Source: Iphione sp. A-MEVVRFRX5
Lineage: Eukaryota
DNA: 64,000 bases
Assembly: GCA_976226885.1 (NCBI GenBank)
Contig: OZ320323.1
Span: forward strand, 39,060,001 to 39,124,000
Direction: 5' to 3'
A program made the position numbers and the translations under genes. Positions 46,434-59,300 of the stretch are shown here, in pieces. Position 1 is the stretch's first letter. Each line of letters opens with the position of its first letter. The notes beneath the pieces were generated by a model that worked only from the letters and a program-made list of their open reading frames with translations, searched no databases and was not told where the DNA came from.

Positions 46434-49262
46434 ATGAAAAAAAGTACCCCTATTTCACAGGATTGTATAAAATTATTGCACATCAATGTAAGAAGTCTTT
46501 CGAACAAAGTATTGGACATCGGGCATCTAATCACACAGAATTCACCAGACATTATCGCTGTCTCAGAAACTTGGCTAACTGCATTAGTTCCGAACTCTGT
46601 GATTAAGATCGATAACTACAGCATAATACGACAAGACAGAGCATATAAGGCTGGAGGAGGACTAGTGCTATACATCAGGGATGGAGTTGACTACGATGAG
46701 ACAAACTACGGATATCTGAATACTAGCACCAACAACCTTGAAGCATTATGGGTGGGTATTCATCTGAGAAATCGTGAAAAAATGTTTATTGGGGCAGTGT
46801 ATAGACCACCGAAAGGCAACATAAGAAATATGACTGCTACATTAGATATATGTTTAGAAAAAATCTATACAAAAACTGGTAAGATAGTATTAATGGGTGA
46901 CTTTAATATTAATGCGATATCCCCAAACGCTCACTATTTCGAACTATGCCATTTATGTAAGAATTTTGATCTCCATCAAATTATAACTACGCAAACTCGC
47001 TCAACTATACTTACAGATACATGTATTGACTTGTCATTTGTTAGTAAACTTGAAACTAGCAGCGGCAGAGTAATCAAATCATTCATAAGTGACCATCATT
47101 GCATAGAGGTAACAATATTTTGGAAATCTGAAAAACCATGTCTCCCACCCTTTAATTATCGAATCTGGAAAACACCACAGAAGGAGTTATTTAAACTGGC
47201 TATAGATAATTTTGACTGGTCTCGTTACTATCAGAACAGAGACCCGAATTATCTATGGAGCTATCTGGAGTCATTTATTATAGAAACTCTTGACAAAGTA
47301 ACACCACAAAAACGATCACAAACAAAGTGTATAGAAAAGATATGGATTGAAAAGAAAACCATCTCTATGATCACTGAAAAGAATAGACTATATAAAACAG
47401 CACTAAGGCTTAAAAGCCGCAGTCTTTATGAATGAGCTAACAAACTACGCCTGGAAATAAATAAGCAGTTGTGGGAAGATAAATCGAAATTCATCAATAA
47501 GCAATTGAATGAGAATAAGACTAATCCAAAATCATACTGGAAAATTATTAACTCTCTACTCGGAAAGAAAAAAGCTACCCAATCCATATCTCTGTCTCAT
47601 AACAACATAATGATAGCTACTAACAGAATCGCAGATGTGCTTAATGAACATTTTGCAACCATAGGTAGCTCTAGTTATAACATAGACAGTAAACTAATCA
47701 CAGAAAACGTCCCGTATCTGATTGACAACATGAGCCTGATGTCGGTGGATGCTATTCGAGTACTTGAAATGTTAAGAAATTTGGACAAAAACAAACCAAG
47801 TGGCATAGCAAATTGTTCTACTAAGATCTTAATAGATGTTCTGATTATGCTAGTAGACCAATTTGTACATTTAATTAATAGTATTTTAGACTGCAAGATA
47901 TTCCCTTACAAATGGAAAGTAGCTACAATTACTCCATTATATAAGGGAAAAGGGCCGAAAAATGATGCAAACTCATATAGGCCCATCAGTATTCTGCCAT
48001 TACCAAGTAAAATCATTGAAAAGATAGTCTTCCAACAAACAACAGATTTCATTGAAAAACATGGCTTATTGTCTAAAACACAATTTGGCTTTCGGAAGGG
48101 AAGAAGTACTACTAATGCAATAGATTGCATTCTAGGCTATATCATGGAGAATATTGAGCAAGGAAATATAGTAGGTGCAATATTTGTGGATTATAAAAAG
48201 GCTTTTGACTCTCTTCAGCACTGCATTCTTCTGAAAAAAAATGGAAAAAATGGGTTTCGGTAATATCTTGAAATGGTTTGAAGATTACTTGACAAATAGG
48301 AAAATTGTGACTAAGGCAAACTGCAAGCTTTCAGAACCCATGGAACTCAGACTCGGTGTCCCGCAAGGGAGTATTCTAGGTCCAATGTTATTTACCTTAT
48401 TTATTAATGATAGTGTTAAATGCTTCAATAAAAGCCTGTGTGTTATGTACGCTGATGATACATTGATCCTTTTTGCTGACAAAACACCAGAGGCCGTTAA
48501 CCGGGTTCTAAGTCAGGAGTTTCATAATCTGAATCATTGGTGTCAATCTAATGGGATCAGAATGAACTACACTAAGACTGAAATGATGATATTTTGCAGT
48601 AAACGCAGTAAACATAAAAATTCAGAATTAAAAATCAACATAGATGGAAATTTCCTGGCCACTGCCTCTGAGTATAATTATCTGGGATTTGTGTTGGATA
48701 AATACTTGGACATTAATCTGGAACTCCAGAAGAAAATCAAAAAATCATATCGTCTGTTGAACCTACTAAGACATGTGAGAAAACAGAGCTCTTCCAATGC
48801 CACCGAATGTGTCCTTAAATCATACTTATCCCGAACCTAGAATATGGCATTGGGTCTATACAATGTCACAATAGTAGGCTATTTCATAAACTTGAACGTC
48901 AACTGGAAAAGGCTATAAGAATTACTTGGGGTGACTTCAGAACAAATTACAATGAACTTTTGATAAAACACAAATTAAATACATTTGCTAGTAGAAGTCA
49001 GTATTATGTAGTCTTGTCACACTTCGAAGTATTGTCAAATGAGCACATGGTAAGAACCAAAACATGCAACCTGCGTCGACCCAGACTGAGAAACCCTAGA
49101 CCCAAAAGAGACCTAATCATGAGACATCCGCGGTACTGTGCTAGAGCAAATTGGAACAAAATAGATTCTGACATAGTTCATATGCCCAAAAACAAATTTA
49201 AGAAGTATTTCAGACAGGAACTTCTAGAGCGACTGAGAAAAGAAAATCTGACAGTCCATTAG
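46434..49262 (+). pseudogene. LINE B ORF2 (APE + RT) with one TGA (47433) and two frameshifts (A8 at 48234-48241; about 48830)
   Basis: LLHINVRSL, AVSETWL, VYRPP, MGDFN, SDHH; SYRPISILP, QFGFRKGRST, DYKKAFD, GVPQGSILGP, YADD. The C-terminal frame continues to TAG at 49262. Confidence 0.92.
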
Positions 49263-49531
49263 ATTTAAAAATCAAGGGCAGATAGGGAATACTGACCATT
49301 TTTTTGTCCCCCGACTATGATTTCCTGATCTACGTTCATACATCGATCCATCATTCAGATCATCGCCATCAGTTTCACAAACCTTGTACATATGTGTATA
49401 CTGTATATACTGTATATATTGTAAATAAGCCGTTGTACATAGCATTAAGAACAGTACCTACAAAACTATAAAATTCTGGCACCAATAAGGACTGCCAGGT
49501 GAAATAATGGAATAAAAAAAAAGAAAAAATT

Positions 49532-50730
49532 ATCAGACTTCATCCACCATTTCTTTAGATGTCTGATCCTTGATCCAGTGAAGGGTAGCCATTCCCTACA
49601 CTACTTGCACCTTCTCCCTCCCTCATCAAAATTCATCCATGAGAACGGATATGCACTGCTGGTAGGTAGATGTGTCCATTGTGGTTAAGTTGCCATAGGA
49701 GGATTGGGCTGCTCCAGTGAAGGATAATGCCAACATGCTCTTCTTGGGTTCTACATCCCCAAGAGCTGACTTGTGCCCACCCTTTGAATTGTGAGTGCCA
49801 CCCTCCCCAATCAACTTTCCCATACCTGTCTAGTTTGATCAGACTGAAACAAGATGGTGATTTCATTTTAGCTCAGAGAGGCGTTTTCTGAGAGGAAGAG
49901 ATCATCTGAGATGTCAGCATCCTCCTTCTACGTGATCACTTCACTTTTCTCTATGCTAAATATTTGCTAAATATCTCCCTGTTTCGTCTTGGCTTCCTGA
50001 ATATCCTCACATTGATATTGTGACTCTTTGGTAGTCTCAGTCGAATAGGAGGATTATGTTTTTTGCCTTCTTTTTAGTGGACCGAAGCACGGTCCCTTTA
50101 ATAGTCATGTACAGTATCCAGTACCCTACTAGGCACAGGGACAGGGCCTGGATGAGCTGACTTAACTGGCTCAGCTGGTGGCTTTAATGTATCATTGTTG
50201 GGGACCTGTTCTCTGGCTGCAATGTATCTGGATCTTGCATTTGATCTGGAACTACTGTCTGATCCAACTCTTCCTCGACTTCCTCCTCCTCCTCTTCCTC
50301 GTCAGTCTTATCCTTGGGGTCCTCCCACCTGGTCCCAAATACTTCAGTATCTTGGTCAGGACTAGCATTGGGGTGCTATCCACTGGTACTGGAGGGTTCT
50401 CTGTTGCTTCCGCAGTCTTGTCCCTCTGAATCATGGCCATCACTGCACCTGGGGTCATTGTTCTGGATCCCCTTTGCAGAAGGAATCCTACCACTACCAA
50501 AATGTAACATGTAGATGAGCTGATAAGCAGAGAGGCTAAGACTGAGGGGGTCATCATACTAAATAATTCTCACACAGAAAAATCTGTTTCACTGCACTGT
50601 AGGAATTCTGCTCAATGTAAGCCTCTCCTAATGCAAAGAAAGAATATCTGTTTATTCAGAAAATTCCTGCCTCTTATATACAGGCGGTGGCCTATTGGCT
50701 TGTATAACATCCTATGTCACAATACATACA
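49532..50730 (-). mobile_element. Degenerate Gypsy element, right part (gag start and LTR-like segment), split from the left part by LINE B
   Basis: DWGGWHSQF...KKSMLALSFTGAAQ (gag). LTR-like segment near 50570-50720 has minus-strand TATA and AATAAA and shares short motifs with 42840-42950 and 60520-60600. Confidence 0.6.
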
Positions 50731-53372
50731 ACATATTAACTTATTTTGCAATCATTCTGATTAGTCCACCAACCATCCAACACATTGAATCATTCGTATT
50801 GGATCAGGGAACCAGACCTCAGCATCTGACTTATAGATCTGACACCAAGCGTCCAACACGATATCTTACGCTGGGTCAATTTGGGATATCAAAATAGCTT
50901 GTCATTCAAGTCCAAATCACTTTATTTGGAGAATATGTAAAGACATGTATGCAATTCAAAGCAGCAGTTTGAAGATATACACACAGTTCTGACCTAGAGT
51001 TCAATATAACATACAATTAGATTGATAGTTTGTGATCCAGAAGGGTCGGAGATCATCCATTCATGTTCTGAAGGGGAAATCAGTTATTGGAAATACTTGG
51101 GGGACAATAAGTCCATAGAGTTCTGAGTTCAAAGTATATCATTCTTTGATTTCTTGTAGCAATACAGGTCAGATAACAGGTTCAGAGACTGATCTAATGG
51201 ATGCTGAATTAGTCCCCTCTTGTTGGAGCCCTACCTCAGATGTTAAGATGCAAGATGGGAATCGAGTACAGTTTCAGGATTTTCCCACCTTCTTCTTGCC
51301 ATTCTGACTATAGGATGTGGATTTTATTCACCGTTGTGTTGTGACGCATCAATTCATCCTCCCAAGTGTGCCAGTTTTGCCTTCCCCTGGTGGGAGCAAA
51401 CATAGGTGATTCCAGAGAGGACTAAGGAAGTCCCCAGCTGGTAATTGCCCTTTGACTAGCACCTCACTGGTGGCCACAGACACCGAAACAACATACATTT
51501 ATGCAGGTGTCTAGGTCTCCCATTTTGGGAGGAGGTCGCAACCAAAATCCTAAATACAACCAGATGGGATTAGAATAGAATTATTTGCCTCTGTGAACCC
51601 ATATATCATAATACCGCAATGTGTCCGGACCAGAATGCAACCAAAATAATGCAACCATTTTTTAAACACTTTTAGGGTGCTTACTTATCAAATCCAGTAC
51701 TTGTAGGACTCCTACTTATCAAATTCAGCACTTGTTAGACTTTAAGAATAAATAAATTGTTCAAAATGTTCATAAGGCATGTATTGGTAACTGCATTCCC
51801 ATGAAATATGAGCTTAGACCATAATGCAACCAAAACTACCAATGCAACCACTTGAGCTTAAAATGGAGGGCTGGTTACAATACAGCATTCAACTGTATTC
51901 TTTCAAATAGAGGGCATTGTCTTTTCTGTGGATGTCTGGATTATGAAGGCATAAGGCATACATTCATAGTAGGATGGGATTGGCCTGCGTTAACATACTA
52001 TTCAATTGCTACCAGAGGAGCCAGATCAAAGCCACAGTTAAGGTTTCTGAGAGGTCTGTTCCTCAAACTGGGGAAAAGGAATGTTGACTGTTACAGTCAG
52101 CCTATGATATGCAAGGGGATGGACAAGGGAGTTTTGGCAAATTAGCCAGGTGTGCTGGTAGTGAACTGTTTTGTCCAAATGGAAGGGAATTCTGTGCTTC
52201 TTGTCCTCATTAACCCTTTCATGCTGGCTTGTATTCCTGAGATTATACTGTATATGCTGCGTTGTATCAGTGAGGACAAACACGTCTTGGTGCTGGACTC
52301 CAAACAAGGCTTTATTATACCAGCCTTTTTGATGGTCCGCTTACACTGATGAATAGTAGCCAGTATTACTCACTGCGCCTCAATGACTGCACTATATTTT
52401 CATGTCAACTTGTTAATAATCTGTCTGGAGTGTATCCTACTACCCCTGCATACTTTTTATATTTATGAATTGTGAACAGTTCTGTATACTGGGGAAGCAC
52501 AATAAATGGATATTCAAATTCAAAATGTGTCTTTTTTTCTTCAATTGCTTTTGACGAAAGAGCCTTATCAAAAGAGTATATTTTCATATGATGTCTCTTG
52601 ACTATGAAAAACAGTAAACTCTACTTTAACAGTATTTGTTGTTCTGACATCTGTTGGACTAAATTAAAATTGTTTCAGAAAAATTGTCCTGAATTGGATT
52701 TTGTGAAGTGCTGTATTTGTCAACATTTACAATGTGGATATATCTCAGGATCAAGTGAAATTACATAAACAATTATTATTAAAGTATTAAGCTGTGGATA
52801 TCCTTTTATTAGAATGATCCAAATAGTGACATGACATAAAAATAGTGTATAAAATGTGTACCCAACAGCAGCACATCAGACAATGTATGAGCCTAAGCTA
52901 TGTTCTATACTAACTGGCTCATGTGTGTTTATAATCATAAAATGGGTATTGTTCAATTTTGCACTAAGGTGGATATGGTGTTCACCTTATGCTATTGTAA
53001 ATCTTAATACCTTATGTATGGTTGATAACTGACTCAGCATTCTTCCATCCAGAATGAAAAAACCTACTGCCTTCATGAATGAACTGGTCTTTCTCCAGAC
53101 CACTAGTCTATAACTAGTTTTTCTTTAGATACTACCAATTACCTGAATTATATTTTATATATTGAGTATATATAAATATAGCACACAATAAAAGACACAT
53201 TTAATCTACTACAGAGAGCTCCTGCCTCAATTGTGATTAATTTTTAACAGAACAGACTTTGATTTCATCATCAAGAGTTGCCTGGTGGTAATGGAATTTC
53301 TCCTATAATTTAGACTGATACATTTTTTAAACATACTATAAAATATGTGTTCTTATCATTTTTAATCTTGGT

Positions 53373-56300
53373 TTACTTGACTTTAAAAACATACAGCAGT
53401 CCAGATTTGTCAAAGCAGTATTTGGGGATAACTGTTCTCTCAAGCATCTGCCACTTTCCTTCTTCCTCTAATCGTTTCGTCTCAGGTTCCAGTCTACCTT
53501 TATACTCCTTAATAGTGTATAAACGCTCCTCCTTCATTGTAATTATGACAATTCCTCCTGTAAAAACAATAAAAAAGGATGTTGTAGTGTAGATTTCCTC
53601 CTGGATGTACAGAAATTCTCTCTCTGTATTTTACAATTATCTTTCTCTGTTTCTCTTCTAATATTCTCTCTATCTGTGTCTCTCAGTCTGTAAAACTTTG
53701 CCTGACTCATCTAGCATGATATAGGCATGAACTGGTAATTGCATGAGTTGGTTATGGTACAATCTAGAGATAGTATAGTTTAATGATGGTGCAACTAAGT
53801 GCTAGGGTGATTTGCTTTGCAGAAAGCAATTTTAACATAGGGTGATCTGGCTGTAGTGCAATTTGCTTGGATCAAGAATAGATAACTCCAAAAGATAATG
53901 TTAACTGTAATATATGGCAGTGACAGCTATGATATATTTGATTAACATTTCATACTACAGCAACAACCCTACAATATGACCACCCATGTCGATTTGCCAG
54001 CAACTAAAGGTTGGTCATATGTCTGAATGAGCTCAATATCAAACAGACTAGAACCATCATGTGGGGAGAGGGTTTACCGATTTACACCCAGAGGAGGCAC
54101 GAAAACATCAAATAGGCCATGACCAATGTGTGAAGAGAGTATCTACGGCTGAATCAACACATGGAGGAGGTGCGACATACATCACAGAGACCTCTTGTCA
54201 CAGGAATTTATTGCATACCCAGACTGAATGGCTCTTGAAATACATGTTCTCAGAGTGAGTTGCCCGCATCTGCATGTTGGTCATATTTCTGAATCATATT
54301 TATATCATAATATATAGAAAAACCCATTTAGGACCATGCAAAAATGCCCGTAAATGCACATCATCCACCTGGCTGAGGCTGCGTTCATACTGTATTATTC
54401 TAAACAATCACTTTTTATGCTATCAATTGTTATACATGTACATGCTTCTATAAATAATAATTTTGAATACGATATGGAGACCACACCAACAAAACACAGG
54501 AAGCAAAGTTTTAGGTGGCTTTAATAAAGTTCCAATGTTTTGGCGTGCCACTGCCTTCTTCAGGGGTAAATAATTTGATTTCTACTGCTCTGAAGTACCT
54601 TTCTTGGCCAGTTAGGAGCCTACCATAGCATACAATAGTGATACTGATTGAGTCTGAACTGGATAATGTATAACGTGCCTGAGTATATGTAAGTGAATAA
54701 AATTAAGTTAAATAATAATTTTGATTATTGCTATTTTCATTCTGAAACTACACGGATTTTTGAGTTTAAATAAACAGTAACAATTACAAATATATAATAT
54801 ATCTCTGAAAGCATTATACCCACCAGGCTTTGTACAGCGAATCTTTTCTTGCAGTGTAGCACATTTCATATGTTCTCCTGTAAAGGCTCCACTTGAAACT
54901 ATCACATCATAGCCATCTATGAAACACAATGCAAGCAATATTAAAGGATTGCACTCAATAATAGTATACTCAGTGTAAAACACTATACTTATCAAGTATT
55001 TTAACTATGCAAATGTAATTTATGGTTCATACTACAAGTATATGGACACTGATGAAGGATTTGTGAAAATTGGCACAGCATGTATAGGCAAAAATATCTC
55101 TGTTTCACTGCCAAATGCAACACTAACAGTTAGTTACTGACTAACATCAAACCCAACTCATACCATGAATTGTCTAAGAGTCCTCTGAGCACAATAACAG
55201 GCAACCGGCCTCATAAGGGGCCTTCTTCATGGTAATGGATACATTGATATGATTGTGTGAACAAGTGGACTTTGATTTTAACTGAACTACTCACATGTTT
55301 CACACTAATGGATCCATTTGTGTTCCACTTACCCATCTAAGATGGGTGGAACACAAATAGATGTGTTACCAATAGACATCTGTAGTGTCTTCCTCAACCT
55401 AGACTATCTGGATGTCACTAATTCAGGGAGAGCTGTCGAAACATAATGCAACATGTTGCATTTGGTGTTACAGACAACAACTGCATGTAAAAGGCCTCTT
55501 AGTCCGTGAAACAGTGGTCAAACCTGGTGGAGGAGGGATGTCAGAATCAATGAGCTGGGTTGCAATCCACTTGCAAATATGGTCTGCGATCATTTTGAGC
55601 CATTAGTCAAGTTCCTATAGGCCAGGTTCAGTCATGACCCTCAGTTCTGACAGTCTTCTTGCTGAGGTTAGAGCTATAATTTGATGGATGGATGCTCACA
55701 CTGATATCTAGATTTATGATGATACAAAATAAAGAGTGACTCAATCCATGTGTGTGAGGAATTCAGGAAACAGGAAGTTCTTTTTTAACTTTTTATTTAA
55801 CTAGGTTGACACAGATGCGGCAGTATATGAGTGAATACATATCATAACATCTCCATCCTCTAAACTTTCTCCTCATATGAAAAGAAGAAAAAATAAGCAT
55901 AAAGTGAAATGTCTTGGTCAATAGTTCTGACTAATGTAAGGTAACATAGTACTTGTAGTATCAACTCAAATATCTGTTACAAGAATTCAAGTCCATTCAT
56001 AGATCATTTACAAGGATGTAAATGGGCCTGTCTGAGTACTGCAATCTGTCTTTCCTTCTGGTGTTATCAACACTCTACATGGCAGGCTCAGTAGTGTCCA
56101 TGAGGTCATCATTTGTGGATAGACATACTCTGAAACGTAAGATGCTCCCCCTTTTTAAACAACACAAGGGGTCCCGCAACAGAATTTGCAGCTAATCTGG
56201 TCAGCATACAGGGTGTCACCCAATGGCCCACCCCCACATGTACCACAGAAGTGTTACCAGAGGTAGGGCTCTGCTAATCTTTAGGCCCCTCACTTCGCCC

Positions 56301-59300
56301 CTTGGGGGCCAGCTCCTTAGCCATTGTTAGAAGCATCCAGCTCTCCTGCACATGGCAATGTAAAAACTACTCCGCAATAAACACAATTCCTTCAATAAAT
56401 ACATATTCCACACATGAAAGTCTGGCATTTATTCAGCAGAACACAACAGAAAAATGAGCAAAACTCCTCCATGCAGGCCATCTTTTTTGTAGCTATCCAT
56501 AATCCTGTACTAGAGGGATAAAGCAACACATACTGCACATGCCACACCAACTCTGGATACACTGTTCTCTGCAATCCTTACATGCACACATTTCCTATAT
56601 AGCAAGTTGAGAGTTATTTGGTTACACTGCCTTTTCCACTGGGACTGCCCACAGTAAGCTAACCTATGATGGGGAAGAAACTGTCAGTTTACATGAACAT
56701 GTCTCTCAATTTTTCTTAATTCTTACCAGTTGGTAGGCATTCAACATTCCCAGTGAAGGCTGTATTGTAGAAGGTACGGTAGACTCCCTTTTTTATTGCT
56801 ATCTCTAACAAAGCAGATGTTGGGTCCAGTGCATCTATTGTCTGGAATCCCAGCTTTTGAAGCTGTATCAAAAAGAATCACTTGAGTGAGTAACCAGTAT
56901 CTGAGCCCAGTATTAAGCGTAATATTTCTTGGAACATTGTGCTCTATATCATTGTTCTTTGGAACTGATGGAGTAAATTAGTTTAACTGGAAAAAAATAA
57001 ATGTACTTGATTAATAGTAAATCTCTTTTCCTAATAAGGTTTAATCTGTAATAAATTTGTATTACTCAGTAAAACTGTATGGCTAGAGACAGGGTTGTGC
57101 TGAAATAATAGAGAGCCTGCTTTTTAGCATTTTACAGAGTACAATTAAAAGTCCTGACAACACACCCCATCAGGACATCTATTGATATTTACTGCTGGGT
57201 GAATTTGTACAATGCTTGTCCTATAATAAATATTTCAACATTAATAGGTGTAGGTCTGTAGCTCAATTTTATCTGTAAGATTGATTAAGACTCCATATCT
57301 GCACACTAAATGTCCAAAATAAGGTGATTGTCATACAAATGTATCTGCATCTAATTATCTGTGAAGTATAGAAAAAAAGATCTAAGTGTACTTGCTTTCT
57401 GAATATAGCAACCATTTAGATATTAAGAATTATTAACAATTATAAACAAAGTTCTCCATTATTTATGTCACCAATGTTCTAAAGTGTGCCATCATTGATA
57501 TTTACACATAGGAAAACTACACATGACATACATAGTCCTCAGATGAGCCCATACCCAATTTATATATACTAGTGTATTTGCTGTAATTCATAAAGTATGG
57601 TATCCCAATGATCAGACTCTTTGGGTATGGTCACCATGGATAGTCAGCTCACTTGCATAAAAAAGACCTATTTGTTTGATCCTAAAGCCATGCAAAGCTG
57701 CTCTGTGACTGAAGTTCTGATGATACTACCAGAAATGTGTAAAAAATGTGAACTGATAGTTAATTGTGACTGGATTTCCTGCACAAAAATGTTGTGCTAC
57801 CTGAAATCCTGACTTAATGTAAAGAAAAAGTTTAAAAGGATCATAAGGCTCTTTCATCACTTATTCAAAGGGATAATTATACAAGATTGTTGATCAAATT
57901 AAAATGCATATGTGTTGGATATCTCTTCTATCTGTGTATATATTATGTATACTTGGCTCATTCTAAAAGTAACTGACATCTGTTTCATGTACCTTCTTAA
58001 TCTTACCTCTTCACCAGCAAAACCTGTACCAGCTCCTACATCCAGTATGGTGACATTATGGTTGCCCTTAAGATGATGGTTGACAGCTTCTGCACATTTA
58101 GATGGCCCAGTGTAGTTTCCCAGTAGAAACTTAAAGAGGAGAATGTATAGATTTAGACTTTTTTTTACTTAAAGAGATTGTTTTAGCAATAACCAAGTAA
58201 ACGGTAAGTGACTTTACCTAAAGATGATTTTTACTGCCTATTCATAATCTCCTACTTATTATATGCAGTGGAAATCCTCTTTAAAATCTTTACTAGGGAT
58301 ACACCTTTACTAGGGATACACCTTTAGTTGGGATGTTTTGGGGGAATTTGTGGAATGAAGACAACCTATTCCTGTTAAAGACGTCCCTGTCCCCATCCTT
58401 ATCCATCCCAGTTCTTGTCTGTAATGCTACTTCTTCTTCCAGTATGGCTATGTATCTAACAATCCGATCTCTCTTGCACTCTTGGGTTAAGAGGTCACCC
58501 AAGAAAACAAAAGATAATTTTGATTACGACTTCTGGGCATGTGTGTGAATGGAAGCAGCCTCATGGCCCTTAAATCTCTGTGCAAATATTTTGAGAAAGG
58601 GGGAAGGTAATACATGAGTGAGCGAGTTAGGATTTGTAGGAAATGAGGAGGCTGTTGAACCATGGACCTATTTTATTTGGTCATAGCCAAGGAATTCTGT
58701 GACGTCATACACGGGCCAAGGAATTCTGTGACGTCATACACAGGTACCACAATGGGTCATTTTTGCCAACCAAGGGAGCAGCTTTGGTTCAAAGAACAGG
58801 CTACATCTACGACGTTAGGCACCTACAAACCTCAACAACGAACTTACCAACTTGTGCAAACCAAGCCTTTAGCTCAAACTGGCGCCACGATTTCCCCAAA
58901 TGCCTGAAACGGCTAAAAAAAGACACGTCGCTACTACATCATGTGAGGCCATTAATAGTAGAGATATGCTATGATCCTTTTTATTTTAAAATGTGTTCCA
59001 GCTGGACCTGAATGTACTTCAAATACTTTCTTCTGATGGTCCTTAGCTGGAAGTATCTCCTGTAAAGAAGTACTTCCATCATCAAATTCATGCCATGTAC
59101 GATACAAAATTCCATCTTTGGCTTGTAGTTGATTACACTGGTTACTGGAGTTTTAGAGCCTTCTGGAAGATTACTGATTTGGGACTAAATTGGTTGGCTT
59201 TTGCGAAATAATGTCCCCACAGAATATGCATTGGATCTGCTTACAGAGGCTGGCTCTAAAGCCACAATAATCTTAAAAGTAGTAACAGTGATACCCTCCC

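Larger units (their letters stand above)
44286..49531 (+). mobile_element. LINE B: CR1/L2-group element with NADAR remnant, SGNH esterase ORF and APE-RT ORF2, inserted in a Gypsy gag
   Basis: 5' TGGCG...GGACGTGTTTT; ORF1 44491-45088; esterase 45124-45807; ORF2 46434-49262; 3' hairpin CTGGCA...TGCCAG, then AATAAA and A-rich tail to about 49530. Flanks rejoin into a gag frame; possible ATCA TSD. Confidence 0.88.

Noticed and set aside
45379-47435. Selenocysteine or programmed read-through at the in-frame TGA codons of LINE B
   Set aside because: CGA-to-TGA decay is simpler, the flanking Gypsy shows the same decay, and no SECIS-like element was recognised.
42840-50730. Intact paired LTRs defining one complete Gypsy provirus
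   Set aside because: The LTR-like segments share only short motifs and the internal domains are out of order; no PBS, PPT or TSD identified.
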